NCBI GenBank assembly: GCA_051362555.1
Contig: CM120642.1
Location: forward strand, 28,024,001-28,088,000
Origin: Lingula anatina
Lineage: Eukaryota; Animalia; Brachiopoda
DNA: 64,000 nt
Direction: 5' to 3'
The stretch's first letter is position 1. The number at the start of each line of letters is the position of its first letter. Below are positions 38,171-52,200 of this stretch, one piece after another. A program made the translations under genes and the position numbers. Below the pieces are notes generated by a model. That model was not told the DNA's origin. It saw nothing but the letters and a program-made list of their open reading frames with translations, and ran no database searches.

Positions 38171-41100
38171 ATGAAAATGAAGAGTGGTTTACCCCTATGT
38201 GTGTTCCTTCTAACCGTGACAGGGACGGTGCTGGACGCTGCTTATATCACAAAAATAGATCTCGGCGATGTCCGTAAGTTATTTTACTTCAGTTGTTGTT
38301 CTTTTTAGTTTGTTGGATTGTAATTGTAATTTTTGTCGTATAGTTTTTGTCTTTATTTTAATTTTAGTCGTCAGACTACTCTAGATATGTTGGATGTACA
38401 TGTATTAGTAGTATCTGAAATCAACCATATTTCAGCGGTTAAAGAGAGTTTGAAATCTGCATGGTTCCTTAAAACCAAATACTGCCATTTGCGTGCCTCT
38501 TGTTTATTTAAAGCAATTTTTGATATTTCGCTTTAAGAAACTCATTCTCGTACTAAAATTGAGCAATTCGATAAGGAAAAGGGGCTGAAAACTATGTTAT
38601 GTTTCAATGGATGGATCTTGCGCTTGGCTTGGCAAACATGATTGCTTTAAAAATTGATGCAAAGTTGAAAAACATATAAAAAAGTGTCCCTTCTTCGAGC
38701 TGTCGTCTCATTTGGTAAAATTGGGCACTGGGTTTGCTTTCACTGCACAAAGAGACATGCAAAATATTCTTTCTTGAGAGATAAAATAAATTAAGTGAAT
38801 CAAGAAATTAATATCATAACAGAAACATCACTTGAGGACCTATTGAATTTGAAGTCATAAAGATATATAACTGGCAAACGATAGTTTAAAATTTTTTAAA
38901 AAGTACATATATTTACTGTTTACGTGTGTATTTTAGAAGCCCAGGCTGTGAAGGTGCGAGAACTTGCTCCGGATATAGAAGCCATTCCCGCTGAACGAGA
39001 TTTGAACGCTGCCAGCGACCAGCTTGAGCCTTTCCTTCGGTACCAGTTCGAAGCTCACGGCAAGAAATTTGACCTTCAGTTGGAGAAAAATAAGCACGTG
39101 GACGTCAAGAACGCGCCCGTCTATTATGCCCAGGAGGATGGAACAGTAGTAAAGAAATCGACACAAAACAATGATGTATGTATTATACCCGGTACATGTA
39201 CTTCAATATGACATACAGTACTTTAGCTATATGCAATTATAAATGTGTACTTGTTTTAATCTGAATGTAAACTGAGGTACAATTTAAGTTGTGTTTGTTT
39301 ATTTACTGGTATTCAGATAACCGTTAAATTGAGAAGAATAAAACGGACTTTGTGAGAGAAAATCAAAAAAGGAGGAGGTAGTAATTTTGGTGTGGACCGA
39401 ACACAGTGTTTTGAATAATCGAACAAGGGAAAATAGATATAGGGCTCGTTTCCAATGAAACTATCGGTCCACTTAGATCGATCCAAATCCGCAGGGACTC
39501 TTGCGCTGAATGCAATCAGTTTAACATATTAACACACCTCCTCCTGGCGTTGAGTGGAATACAGAAAAGCTGGTGTGTTAATTTGTTAAACTGAACGCAT
39601 TCAGCAAGAGTTTCCGTGTAGGTGGATTGATCTACGAAGACCGATTGTTTTATTGGGGTTGAGCCCATACAGTAAATAAAAGTAGCGAAAATGAGATTAG
39701 ACTCAATGCAATTTCTGTAGAAAACTTATGAATGGAAAGTAAACACTGGCGCTCACTTGTACTACATGTAGTAACTTCTCATGCGTCAACGACAGAATAT
39801 ACAGTGTGCCACGATTGGATCGAAAATTGATATTTGCACATTTTTTCTCCAGGACTTTGCTTTGTATCATGACAAGAAGAATAACGCTGCAGTGGCCGTT
39901 TCCAAAGTTAACACAGATGGAAAGACCAATAAGCGAATGGTAAGTTGTACATGTATTAAGTTTCTTTGGTATATATAATACTTTTCATTGTAATATAGGC
40001 CTATATACTTCCAATCGGATGCCAATGATATTGGTATAAATTACATAATTTACTTTCTTTGTCATGAAAAAGCAGAACATAAATGCATATCATTTGACAT
40101 GCTAGTTGTTCCAGTTACCAATTATCTCCATAAGAGATGCTAAGTCCATTCATAAGATGTTTGATATTTACAAAATGTCTGCCAATTAAATCACTGTCGC
40201 CAGCGCTCGGTACTCGCACCAAAAAATCCAAATATTTAGTCCGTTTGATATTATATCATGCATTTACCATATCTAAACACGTTGGTCCGAGTAAGGGTCA
40301 ATTACAGAGTTAAAGTGGTTGAATTTGAGGCCCTTAGCATAGTTTGTAGAGGTGAGTGAGGAATATAGGGTGTTGAGCTTTCATAAATCAACATGGAACT
40401 CTGCCTGCCAGGCTGGTATATTGAATACGATATATAGGCAATCAAAACATTGGTATGATGATTTGGCGAGGGATACATAACCTCTCTCTCTCTCTTCGCC
40501 TTGACTACGGATGTGTAAGATGAGAACCGTGGAAACTAAAGCTGTTGGGATGGTCTAAATATAGAGTACAAGTGTGTTCCATTCAAAGATGATCCTGCCC
40601 TGGTAAGGTCCAGATGGCGTCAAATATTGCAACAAGTTGGTTTTTGATATGTCATTTGATTGTGTTATAAAAACGACTATTTTGCTAGCATCCCTTGTCG
40701 ATATTCTTTTAGATGGTTATTTCTTTGATTTCTTAGATCTCTTTACCTGTTTTTATTTGAGTGTACATACATACAGACATGTAGAAAGTAATTTGCAAAA
40801 CCTTCCTTACCAGGCATTGTGAAAAATATACTCGAGGTTGAGGACAAAATGTTTCACTAAAATAAACATGCATGTACATGTAGATAATCCGCCCTACATA
40901 AGATTCATACAAAGTTTACTTCTGCATAATTACTATCTCTTAATTTACTAAAACAGGGTCTGTAAAGTGCATTCCTCTCAAATAAATATCGCCCAATTAA
41001 TTTTAACATCATGTTTTGTTGAATAGGAAGGGTTTGTCATTGACAATAACGACATGTTCGAGATGCGCCACCTGAAGGACGACGAATACCTTGTCTTCCG

Positions 41101-44100
41101 GCAAAATATTGAGGCCAAAAAGCCAGGTCCAGAGGTGCGGTCTTTCGACGACACTTATGAGAGTAAGTATGAGCCATTGATATTCATTATGGAAATTTGT
41201 CAAAACAGAATCGATTGTGGAAACTTTTAAGTTTAAGTCATTAAAATTACATTACAGATACTGTGAATGAATGCATCCGTTTTGGATATTTGAATGAAAT
41301 CCAATAAGTAGAAGAATATTTAAAGTTAAAAAAAACTGCACTTAAACAGACAATATTCAGATATCATATGAATAATCGAATTGAAGAAATCAAATAAAAC
41401 GTGCATTACAGTTTAAATTACAGTAAAGGGCGAATCGTAAATGGAAGGCAAACCTTCCGAATACCAAATATACAGTATATTGCCATTCAGAATACTATAA
41501 ACTGCTTTTAGTTTGAAGAATGCTGGTATGTAATAAGAAAACTTCATTTCAGGGGAAACAAGCAGACGATCGCTAGATCATGTTTCAGATAAGACAGCGA
41601 AATCTAATGGAGGGTCCGACTTGCTGCGCAATCTGCTAGAAGTGTTGGAAACTGTTAAGAACAAAAAATCGGAAAAGGACGTAGAGTTGCAAAGGAAGCA
41701 GACGTCATTTAGTAGCAACCACATCAACGCTGGCGTCGAGTTGTTGGTGTCTACTGATGATTCCGTCTGGGACTATTTCTATTCGCGGAATAACAACAAC
41801 GCAGAGGCGGCAGAGACCGAGTTAAGAAAATACTACGCACTGCTTGTGAACGGGGTAAGTGGTCATCAGTTTGTTATTATAGCAATATTCTACATGATTA
41901 TTTAAAATATTTTTTACTATGATATAGGCCATACAATACTTTCATATTTACGTGTGCTAGGATTCCTTTTTTTACGGCCTGGTATTCTACTAGCCTAGCT
42001 TACCGCGGTATATAAAAAATATGTGGGCCAACATTATCACACTATTCATACAGTACTTGCGTAAGAGGGTTGACATCATAAGAATTACACTTTCAGATTG
42101 ACTTACGGTACCAAAACATAGAAGACCGGGATTTGAACATTTACATCGTTCTATCCGGATATGTTATCGCAAAGGTAAATATTTCAATCAGCGAATCAAA
42201 AACCACACGCAAAGCCAATTCAATCAATTAAATTAGAACTTAAAAGCAAAAAGAAAAATACTCCAAATCAAAAACAGGAAAATTAATCTTACGCTGCAAT
42301 TCTTGCTATCATCAGAGCCCCAGTCAGTCCAGCTGGTTTAGCGGCAACTTGTTCTCTGGGGCCGTAAAGGACGGGCGGCAGTTGGTGAGACATGACCAGT
42401 CCCTAAATGCCTGGTGCAACTACAGAAGGGATAACCTCGGGAGTCTCCCAGAACATGACCACGGGATGGCCTTCACAATGTAGGTGTACCAAGTACCGGT
42501 GTTACTGGGCTGTCTGTCTGAACATGAACGGACTCAACTAAAATATAAACCGTGGGTTTTTCCCCTTCAAGGCAGCTTGTTATAATGTGGTATATACCTT
42601 CCTTTCTGTGAGCGTCGTGACAGTAGTAAAATATATATTTAAGTATATTCTAATTCGTTCTACTTAAGTACATTCTAAAAGTGAATAGAAGTACATGTAA
42701 ATTGTTATTTGCATAAGTACACCTTATTATTTTTATTCTTTTTGATATGCAGGCGAGAACTTGCTTCGTCTACATCAGACACCAACGTGGCCGGTTATGC
42801 ACCTGTTTCTGGCATTTGTTCCTTGGCCTCGTCTTGCTCTGTCCTCGAGTCACATGGCGGATTCAGCTCATTCATTACAGCGGCTCACGAGCTGGGGCAT
42901 AAGTAAGTTGCACTATTTTTGGTGTCTGTAGGCCCGCTGTACGCTCGTGCGCTGACAGTACCTACCCCGCGACAAGTACACCAGCACGACAGTTTGGTCT
43001 GCAAATACCATTTTAAAGGAAAAAAGTAAACTCTATAAGAACCATATCTTATAAATTTCGGTTCTTGTTTGTCTATTCTCCTTTATTCGATATAGGTATT
43101 TTATATACCTTTCTCTACTTTAATTTTTTCTAGTCTAGGATCTCACCACGACGGAGCCTACAGTAGCTCGTACGACAACAGGGCGTGTTCTGCCTCAGCC
43201 GGAAACATCATGGCGCCCTCTGCCGGTAGCTCGAATCCAACCAACGGATACTATTTCTCCGCTTGTTCTATCGCAGAATTCAAAACGGGGCTAGCGTAAG
43301 TATGGGGGTTTATCCTACTTCTGCCGTAGCTGCTTATTATGAGACATTCTGCAAATATTGAGGACCCGGCGAGAACAAATAAATTTGCGTACAAGAGGGG
43401 TTGGAGAGGTTACAAAAATGTAACTGGCCTTTAAGCCTATATGTAAGTCAGATTTCATTATTTACAGACTGTGAATGCATTGCACGGTCCTTTCCAATCA
43501 CACAATAGTATTCAAAGGTTTAGCGCTCCACCCTCGCTGCCTCTCGTTACGAGAGTGAGACTGTAATTGTGGTCATGTCATTTTAGAGATGCGTGCTGTC
43601 TTGTGGACACTGGTACTTATGGGAATGCTGCGGAATATAATTCACACACCCAGCATCTACCAGGACAGCTGTATTCGGCAACAGAACAATGCAGGATGCT
43701 CTACGGAGATAATTCTGTACCTCGGAAGGTAAAAAGACTCAGTGTTCTTTTTTGAGAAAATGTGCGCGCAAAAACGTGTGTAATTAAAAAAAAAAGATAT
43801 ACAGTGTTCAATTTGAGTACGTTTTTTCTTTTGACAGCAAAAGGCTACATCTTCTGTGTCCTCTATTGTATATGAAGCTAAAATTAAGCTACATATTCTG
43901 TATCCTTGACTGTATATGAAAAATGTGTGTGCGCGCGTGCTTGTGTGCTTGTGTGTTCATATGTTTGCATTTATTGGAAAGCAACTTAAATTTTGCCCTA
44001 CGGTTACCACTTTACTCCAATGTGAAAATATATTTACAAAACCAAAACATGTCGAGACAATTTACATGTCAGAAATTTCACCACGCCGATAACGACACAC

Positions 44101-44109
44101 AATGATTTA

Positions 44110-44158
<49 letters not shown>

Positions 44159-46062
44159 TTTTTAAATTATTTATTTATTTATTTATTTTGCAGGAAGAAG
44201 GAGATCACGACTTCTGTCAGTACCTTTGGTGTAGATCAGGCAACGGTTACACACATGGCTACAAACCTCCAGCAGACGGCACTGATTGTGACACAGGAAA
44301 ATGGTGCATAGAGGGCGTTTGTGTCAGCAAGACGGACCCCCTCCCAAGCAGCCATGGTAGCAGCGATCAAGAGACGTCCTGGTGCCCCTATGGTACTGAT
44401 GCTTTTATTGAACGAATTCATATCTACCGTGCATGTTTATAGTGTAAAATAACCTTTGATTCTATGCAATTTTTTCGTTTAGACTTCTTTTTTTTTCATT
44501 TTTCGACAAACTTTCTGAACAAAGGATGACATTCCATGAAAAAAACTTATTGCATAAATACTACGTTTTCTTTAACATTCAACATTATCATTTATAGGCA
44601 ATTTTGTTTTATTTCAAATTAACGCAATTTTTATAACCAATTATCACAACAGTAACCATAATATAAGACAAGCACACTGCATGCCATTTCAAGTTCATTT
44701 AAAACTTTTTTGGAGTCATCGTAATCTACTATGACACAGGTATGTTCATAAGGATATGTTCTTTAGATATTTCTGCAAAATAATCTCTATGCCCCAAACA
44801 CAACTTCACTGGAAGTGTTTTGATTGCCACATATCAATTAATATTGAGTTGACAAGATCAAAATCCGCTTTATGGATTTCTACATAATGAACGAACAATC
44901 CTTGCGGCACATTGCAAACATTTTTAGATTTCGAAGGTTTGTTTACACTGCACTATTCTCAGTGTGTATCTTTAGTCTTTCGTTTGAGGCCAAAAGTGCG
45001 TGTTCACATGTAAGTGCGAACGTGCTTGCGTGGCCCTAGCGTAATATGCTATTACTAAAAAAAGCGATACACAACACTTTATCCTAAAATAGTCGAAGTG
45101 TTTAATAAATTTCCGTTTTTTTTTTTCAGGATGGCCAGGGGACCAATGCCCAGATTCAGATGCCCCCAGTATAAATGTAGGACAGGGTTGGGAATCTTGT
45201 AACTCTGCCATCAGAAGAGATGGAGATCGTTTGTGTGCAAACAGTCAGGTTTCAGCATCTGGTTTCTGCTGTATCCAATGCTATTACCATTCACAGTCTA
45301 AGCTGTCGGGTAAGGTGTATTCTTATGTTGTTAATTATCTATTGAACATTACTTTATGAAAGTAAAATAAGAGAAAATATTTTTTTGCATGTACCCTTTT
45401 CAGATAACGAGAATAAAATGTCCGATAATTGTTTTAAGGTTTTAACCGTTAACTTTTTTGTTTCTGCGTTTAGGCTGAAAGAATTAATATCCATTATTTC
45501 ACTCCAGACAAAAGGGTGTAACGATTGTAACAGAAAGTCTGCCCTTTATTTAGTTATAATGGTTAGGGTAAGTCTGTCCTGAGTGCGTCAAAATCTAGGG
45601 CGAGGCTTACTTGTACAAATGAATGGGAAGCGGACTCTATCATTGGGGACTCTCTGTCACGTTACACCGGACAGTCATGGCCAGAATTAAGAGTGCCTCC
45701 TGCCCCAGTTATAGTTACATGCAGTCTACGGCTAAGAGTCGGGTTAATCTGAAAAATGTAAGAAGCAAGTACATCTTTTTCTTAACCGATGTACGGCAAC
45801 AATTGTATAGCAAACGTCATATAACGATAAACAAAAAAGCGAATTTCTCACGATAGGTGTGTGGGGCGAATGGCAAACTTGGGGTGGCTGTAGCGCTAGT
45901 TGTGGCGGAGGAACTCGCACGAGATCTCGCAGTTGCCCACAGACTGGCACGTGCGCAGGAGAGGCGACCCAAACCTCACAATGTAACACGGATTCCTGTG
46001 CAGGATCTGGCACAGCTTGTGAGTGTAATATGTTTATGTTTTATCACCATTGCACAGTAGGA

Positions 46063-46113
<51 letters not shown>

Positions 46114-47731
46114 AAAACTGAGTCTTAAGAAAGATTACTAGTGGCAATACGTATTCCAAACCATTTCTTATAATGGCCTTTTACCGACTAATTTGGCCGC
46201 ATACAGGGCTGTCTTCCGTTAATCTGGTCGTCTGATGTTGAAATTGAAGTTGATTTCTTGTTTGTCCGCGGCTTTGAACATTGGTTTCATTCAGCTCAGA
46301 GACTTTAACTATCGTTTGTAGCGCCCTCTTGGGGTCCCTGGGGCGGATGGTCAACTTGCACCAAGACATGTGGCGGCGGTACCCTGTCCAGAGACAGAGC
46401 CTGTGAAGGCGGCTCTTCATGCCTCGGCGTGTCCTCCGAGACCCAGGAGTGTAACACCAATGAATGTCAGGGTAGGGCAGTTGTCTCCAAATATGTTAAT
46501 CACCGAGTTAAACTTGACTGGAAATAGCATTGGCCATGTCAGCCAAGGATCTGTTGATAGAAATATGTCCATCAGTTATTACTCCCAAAACGGAAAGGAG
46601 TAAACAAAAAATGAACTGAACTCTAGATAAAGTAAATTGCTGAATCTTGTAGACAATTACATATTTATTTTGCGTACTTTTCTTCTTAACTGCAGCTAGA
46701 CACCTTTTTTTTAATCTATATGGTTTCAAGTATCCTAGCAAAATTTATCTGTAACATGTGGAAATATGGTATGTCTCTGAGGAAGGAAAGTAACTGAATA
46801 ACCGTTTTCTAACTACGGAATAAGACAATAAGAGGTTGTGTCTGTTGTTCCTTTTAATATTTGTAGTGTGAAAGTGTATGTGTCGGACAACCAACGCGAC
46901 AGTGATGACGGCGAAGATAGACACAGATGATTAAAGGGTATGATGATGTCTGTAACTAAACATTCACAACAACAGAAGTTTTCTATCCCTTCACATACAG
47001 CCGCGTACACTTTGCATCCGATCTTTTTTCTCTGATTTCAGTATCTACCGTGGACGGTAACTGGAGCGACTGGGGAACTTGGTCTGCATGCAGCGTCACC
47101 TGCGGTTCTGGACAGAGGACTCGAACCAAGACGTGCAATAACCCAGCGCCATCTAACGGTGGATCGTGGTGTTGTCATAACGGACATTGTCTGTATAACA
47201 GTTTGAGAAGTACTGGGTCCTGTAACGCTGGCTCGTGCGGTGGAGGTATCAATCATATTTTGGATATAATTTAGAATATATGAGATATGTTCATTATGAG
47301 AAATTAAAAAAGGAAGGCAGTTGCTTAAATCCCCTTTTCCCAAAACAAAAATCCAAATTTGTATACTATTGTACATGTGGGAGTTTCAATGTTGTGCTCA
47401 TTCACGTATATTGTTTTCCCAATATGATACAAGAGAGTAAAACCTGAAATGCTTTCTAATATAAATTTAGACATTGGCCTTTAAGTTGATAAAATGCTGG
47501 TTAAATGCATGTACTCCTTAATGGCCGGGTTTACAGCAAATGATTTAGAACTAGGATCACATCTACGCATACTGAGGTAACAACGCTATGCATTTAACAC
47601 TGTTTTATTAATTTGCTTTTACAGGCACATCGTCTTGTACCACTGATGCCTATTCCTGGTGTCCGTCTTATGCCGCCTACTGCAGCAGCCTAGAGTTCCT
47701 GCAGGAGAATTGTTGTGCCACTTGTGAATAG
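38171..47731 (+). CDS. ADAMTS/MIG-17-like M12B zinc metalloprotease 2, about 854 aa, 16 coding exons (tandem paralog with 3x TSP1)
   Basis: Exons 38171-38273, 38937-39175, 39853-39939, 41027-41162, 41553-41854, 42097-42174, 42316-42479, 42753-42902, 43134-43295, 43587-43728, 44194-44392, 45130-45309, 45857-46018, 46322-46471, 47042-47245 and 47625-47731 join in frame. Zinc site HELGHNLGSHHD, Met-turn NIMAP, and the same exon phases as gene 1. Confidence 0.9.
39442..39666. mobile_element. MITE with long imperfect inverted arms
   Basis: gggctcgtttccaatgaaactatcggtc...tgaatgc..gtttaacatattaacacacc pairs with ggtgtgttaatttgttaaac..gcattca...gaccgattgttttattggggttgagccc. Confidence 0.7.
45514..45670. 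mobile_element. Short TIR element containing ggttaggg; same family as 61413-62073 and a diverged copy at about 31856-31990
   Basis: Ends ggtgtaac ... gttacacc. The core cagaaagtc.gcc..atttag.tataatggttagggt.ag...ggggcgagg..ta..tgtacaaatga.tggga..cggactct is shared with 61441-61560. Confidence 0.6.
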
Positions 47732-49289
47732 TCAAAGGTAAAGGTTCCACGAGAAGACACATGCACGGGTTCTGGTAAATAATCTTAAACATGTAACTTC
47801 CATGAACTAGTTCGTTTCTCAAATAGAATCAATTCCAACCTGCTTCGATTCAACTTCCTGAGGTGCTGAGACTAATTTCACAAATAAAAGGCATTCCGAA
47901 AGTTGGTCCCAACTTTGAGGTTTAAAGTTTACTTAAATTGGCAAAATGTTGGGTTGACACTGTGACTTTTCCAAAATGCAAGGGATATTAGAATTCTTTT
48001 TAAAATGCTGTCGACTCGTTATGTGGTTTGAATCAAAATGCAGACGTGAGGAAAACACTTGTAGTCTAAGTTTTGGTTCAGTTTTGTACTGTACGGTCCA
48101 CCGTCGTTACCCCCCCCCCCCCCCCTTGCCCAATTATTACATTCAGAGAAACTCCAGCTTTTATTTGCAACCGTGTTTGTATAAGCTTTAGTATATATAT
48201 TCAGTTTAAATGCCTAGTCGCCAGTTATAATTTACATCGAATACAGGTATAAACAACCCAGGTTTTTTTTTCAGAACGAGCAATGGAATCCCAAGATATC
48301 ATTCAAAGCATAAGAGAATTATGAAAACCAGAAAAGTATAGCTGGTGGAAAATCTGGAGTATGACTTGTGCAGCTTGTTTTGTTTCTATCTAGGCACAGA
48401 CTCTTTCAACTAAAAGTCGCCACAGGTAATACGAGTACAAACGTTTTTAATGAAGAAAGGAAAGAGGTTTATTTTCTCTTTGACAAATAGAACTACAGGT
48501 TAATTTCAGATAGGGATTTATTACATCATTAATTTGAAAAAATAATTTCAGCCTGCTAATACTGTGTTGTGTTAATAAGTTAACTACGATGAACTACATT
48601 TCAATATATTATTTTTATACATGTAACTACAATATCCAAGCAGTTATGTCCCATGGATCAGATATAATTCTAATAAATGCTATATGCTCAGTGATTATGT
48701 ATTGCTTTGTCGTCGTGCACAAATCATACTTTGTATATATATATACATACAAATTAATATTATGCAAAATTACATTTCAGCACTTCAATACGTGCGTCCT
48801 CTTCCATCTGTCTTTTATATAATTATATAGTAGTAGCGGTTTATTTCACTGAATGTGTGGCGACATTAACGACAAAATTAATGCCCAATCAAAAATAAAA
48901 ACAATTATCATTTTGATAGAGATATTTTGTCAACTACTGTAAAACAGTATGACCGGCGCTGAAACAACTATCCCTGCAACTATCTCCGCCTCATTACAAT
49001 GAACACAGTATTGAATTAAAGCTACTCTCTTCAAGAGGCCAGTTATGAGATGAGGTCATTTCTGTGTAAAATACACAGTAGAATATCTAGTGTAATACCT
49101 TTCTGTGGTCCCAGTAGAGAGTAATTAAAGTATAACTTGCACAAACATCAAGCCCTTCTACCTTGATGTGTAGATATACTCGCACTAATACGTATTGTAT
49201 GTATTCTACAAAAAAGAAACACGTATTTGCATACACAACTGACAATATATGGGCGGTTTTACTTTCTATGTGATTATTACTTGCGACTT

Positions 49290-52200
49290 TTAAGTGTCAA
49301 TCAAATACATTTTCTTTCTCAGTGTGGAGACAAATATAGGCATTTGTTTAGCAACAGTCTTGATTCCGTTTGACTCTAGAGGCGCTGTTAAAAGTGCTAC
49401 AAGTCGTGACGTTTCCGTCAAAATGTCCACAAAGTGTTCATTTCTGTGGTCGGTTATCACCTTACAGAGGTTGTGTATAAACCAAGAACCTTCATTCGTC
49501 TGTCGCCATGCAATATGACCTAAAATATACACATTCATTTATTATTCGGGTTGGGAATATGATTTTACTTGAAGACACGAAAAAATATATATCTATTTGC
49601 ATCATTACACAGCAAATTCCCACCCCATTTGTCTTATGTTATTAACGTTTTAAATGTTCACCATATGAAAACTTAGTGCCCTATTTTGATATGCCTTGAC
49701 TTTGCACAGCGTATTTTAAACGCAGGCTTACACACACCTCGGTTGTCCGTACCCACCGACTCACCTGGAGTTGTCGCATACGCCACTAAGTTATCTGCAT
49801 CGATTGGCGTAGAAATTTGGATCCGCAAATTTTCCATCTGCAAGTTGAGGTACTCGGTGTCGTCGACAGGGCAAGTATCTGACCTTAGCGTCGCCTTCTG
49901 ATGATCTTCACCGCGACAAGCTTGTATGATAAACACCTTGGGCAAGTCTGGAAGCAAAATGAACTTACGTCGCCAAATTATACACTTACAACTGGAATGG
50001 AAATTACAAAATTTTGAAGAAAAATAGTCAGAACATATTAATCCTGTTATATTATAAATATATTTATCAGAGAGAGAGAGAGAGTTGTTGTGACGGACTG
50101 GTGAATACGCAGATACATGAGATTCAGTATCAAATAAACGATGCAAATTGCCAATGAGTTGATAGATAAATTAGGTAATTAATGATATTGTAGATGTCTA
50201 TACCTATCATGAGCGGTGTATCTCGGAATATCTCAGTTATTTCGTTTACTGTTATGATTTTATTGTCCCAGGTTTTACCATCAGCTTTGCAGGTGCGAAT
50301 TCCATCCTTAAACAAAAACGTTACCAAATAATTAAAGAAAAACAATATATTACACAAGAATATGCTAATAACCTCAATTTTAGTGATTTTATGTCGTAAT
50401 TCAGTGCAACATTCACAACCATGAGTGCAAGTACACAATGAAATACTAAAGATGGACTAGCATTAAATGTGCAAGAATGTTCAAATACTGGACTTAAGAA
50501 TATGTCTTAAGTCGATTTTTAAAATCGTTGATAAAATCGCCCGTACTTTCAGTATGACGTACTCCAAGCCTGAGACATTTAAAAAGTCTTAACAAAAACG
50601 AATCATCTTTATTTTCGACATTGTATGCTGAGTTTAGATCCCTAGCTACAAGATGTGTTCAATAATATTTCTAATAGATGAGGAATGGTAATTGATAAAA
50701 TGAGATGAACTATGTTGAAAATGATTTTGGTCGGTCTATTCGAAATGACCATAATCATTTATCAACACTATTCAATGTCATACATATGTTTATCATTAAT
50801 CTGCTTCATTTCTTTTTATTAACGGGACCTTCAATAAATGCGGCCGTCAGCGGCCAAATTTAGAAAATTATACTTCAGTTTGTTCTATTCTTTTAACTGT
50901 CATGTCCTATTACTTAAATCAGCTTAGATCAAGGAGACATAAATTGCTTTGACTTTTTTCGCTTGTTAGATATTATTTTATATTTTGGGAGGGGGTGGAG
51001 TTTTGGGGGAGAACCTATGAACCTTCTCACTAGATCAAACTACATTGGCCTACGTACGTGCCAAAAATATGTACCTTATCTCCATGACTCAGTATTATCA
51101 GAAAGAATCGGCTGTATCCCGGGGTCTCCTGCAGCATGTCCTTTATGTGCTGTAATTTGCTGTCCAGCAGCTCTCTTGACAAGTCTTTGTAACCTGACCC
51201 TGTGAGCACCGTGTATTGAAGTAGACCACCAAATACACTCTGTATATGCCTCACGTCAAACTCGGTACCTAAAAAAAAAGTAAGACAATTGTCAAGACCA
51301 CAATGTAAACGTTGACTTTTGTACATGTAACTCAACCCGTAGGTCTTATGTTCAAACTTGCTGAATATCTGCTTCAAACCAAGTCCCACTATGCTCGATA
51401 TATCATTTTAAAAACATTTGAAAACTGCCTCGGCAAGAAAGGTATTAAATTGGTCCCGTACAGTTTAGAAAATGCATTACATGACCGCCCGATGTAACAC
51501 TTGTGACAACATGCACGACAATCTTGGATCTTGTTTGGCACAGAAGTAAGAGAAAAACAATAACATCAACATCAAACAATATCACGTGACCACATTAATT
51601 CCAAAATCTCACGACATTGCCTCATTCGCCGTTATAATTCCTCAGAGCATTTGAAATACACATAAATGCATACGTTAGACAGGCTCTAAAATCCTATCTA
51701 ATATATATATATTTTTTTAATTTGATAATGGTACCTTCTCTTTCTTCTGTGAAATTATTGATGATGACGACAAGGCCACTGTGACGGGAAGTCTCTGTAG
51801 GGTAGACACAACTAATAAATCCAGGAGCCACCTGCACAGGATACCTTGGCGTCGGCGAAAAGGTTTCGGAGTCAAAGGAAGAGCCTGTAACAATAACGAG
51901 GTGAAGAAGAATCTGCTTATATGTCGATCGAGTTCGATAAAACTGTCACTGAAAAAACAACGGTAAAACTAGAATTCCCAAAAGGGAAAAATAAAAGAAA
52001 TAGAGTTTGAGAAAAGGCACAGCTGTGCATAGAGACCAATTGGCGTTTATACAAACTGGACGTATTTATTATCTTGGATATGTATATCTTAGGGCATAAG
52101 TCGGGGACCATATCATCCAGCTCGTCCATTCGAATGCACCGCCCATCTACATGTACCCTGGTATCATTTTTTTAATAATTCCCGTTGTCCCTTCAAAATA

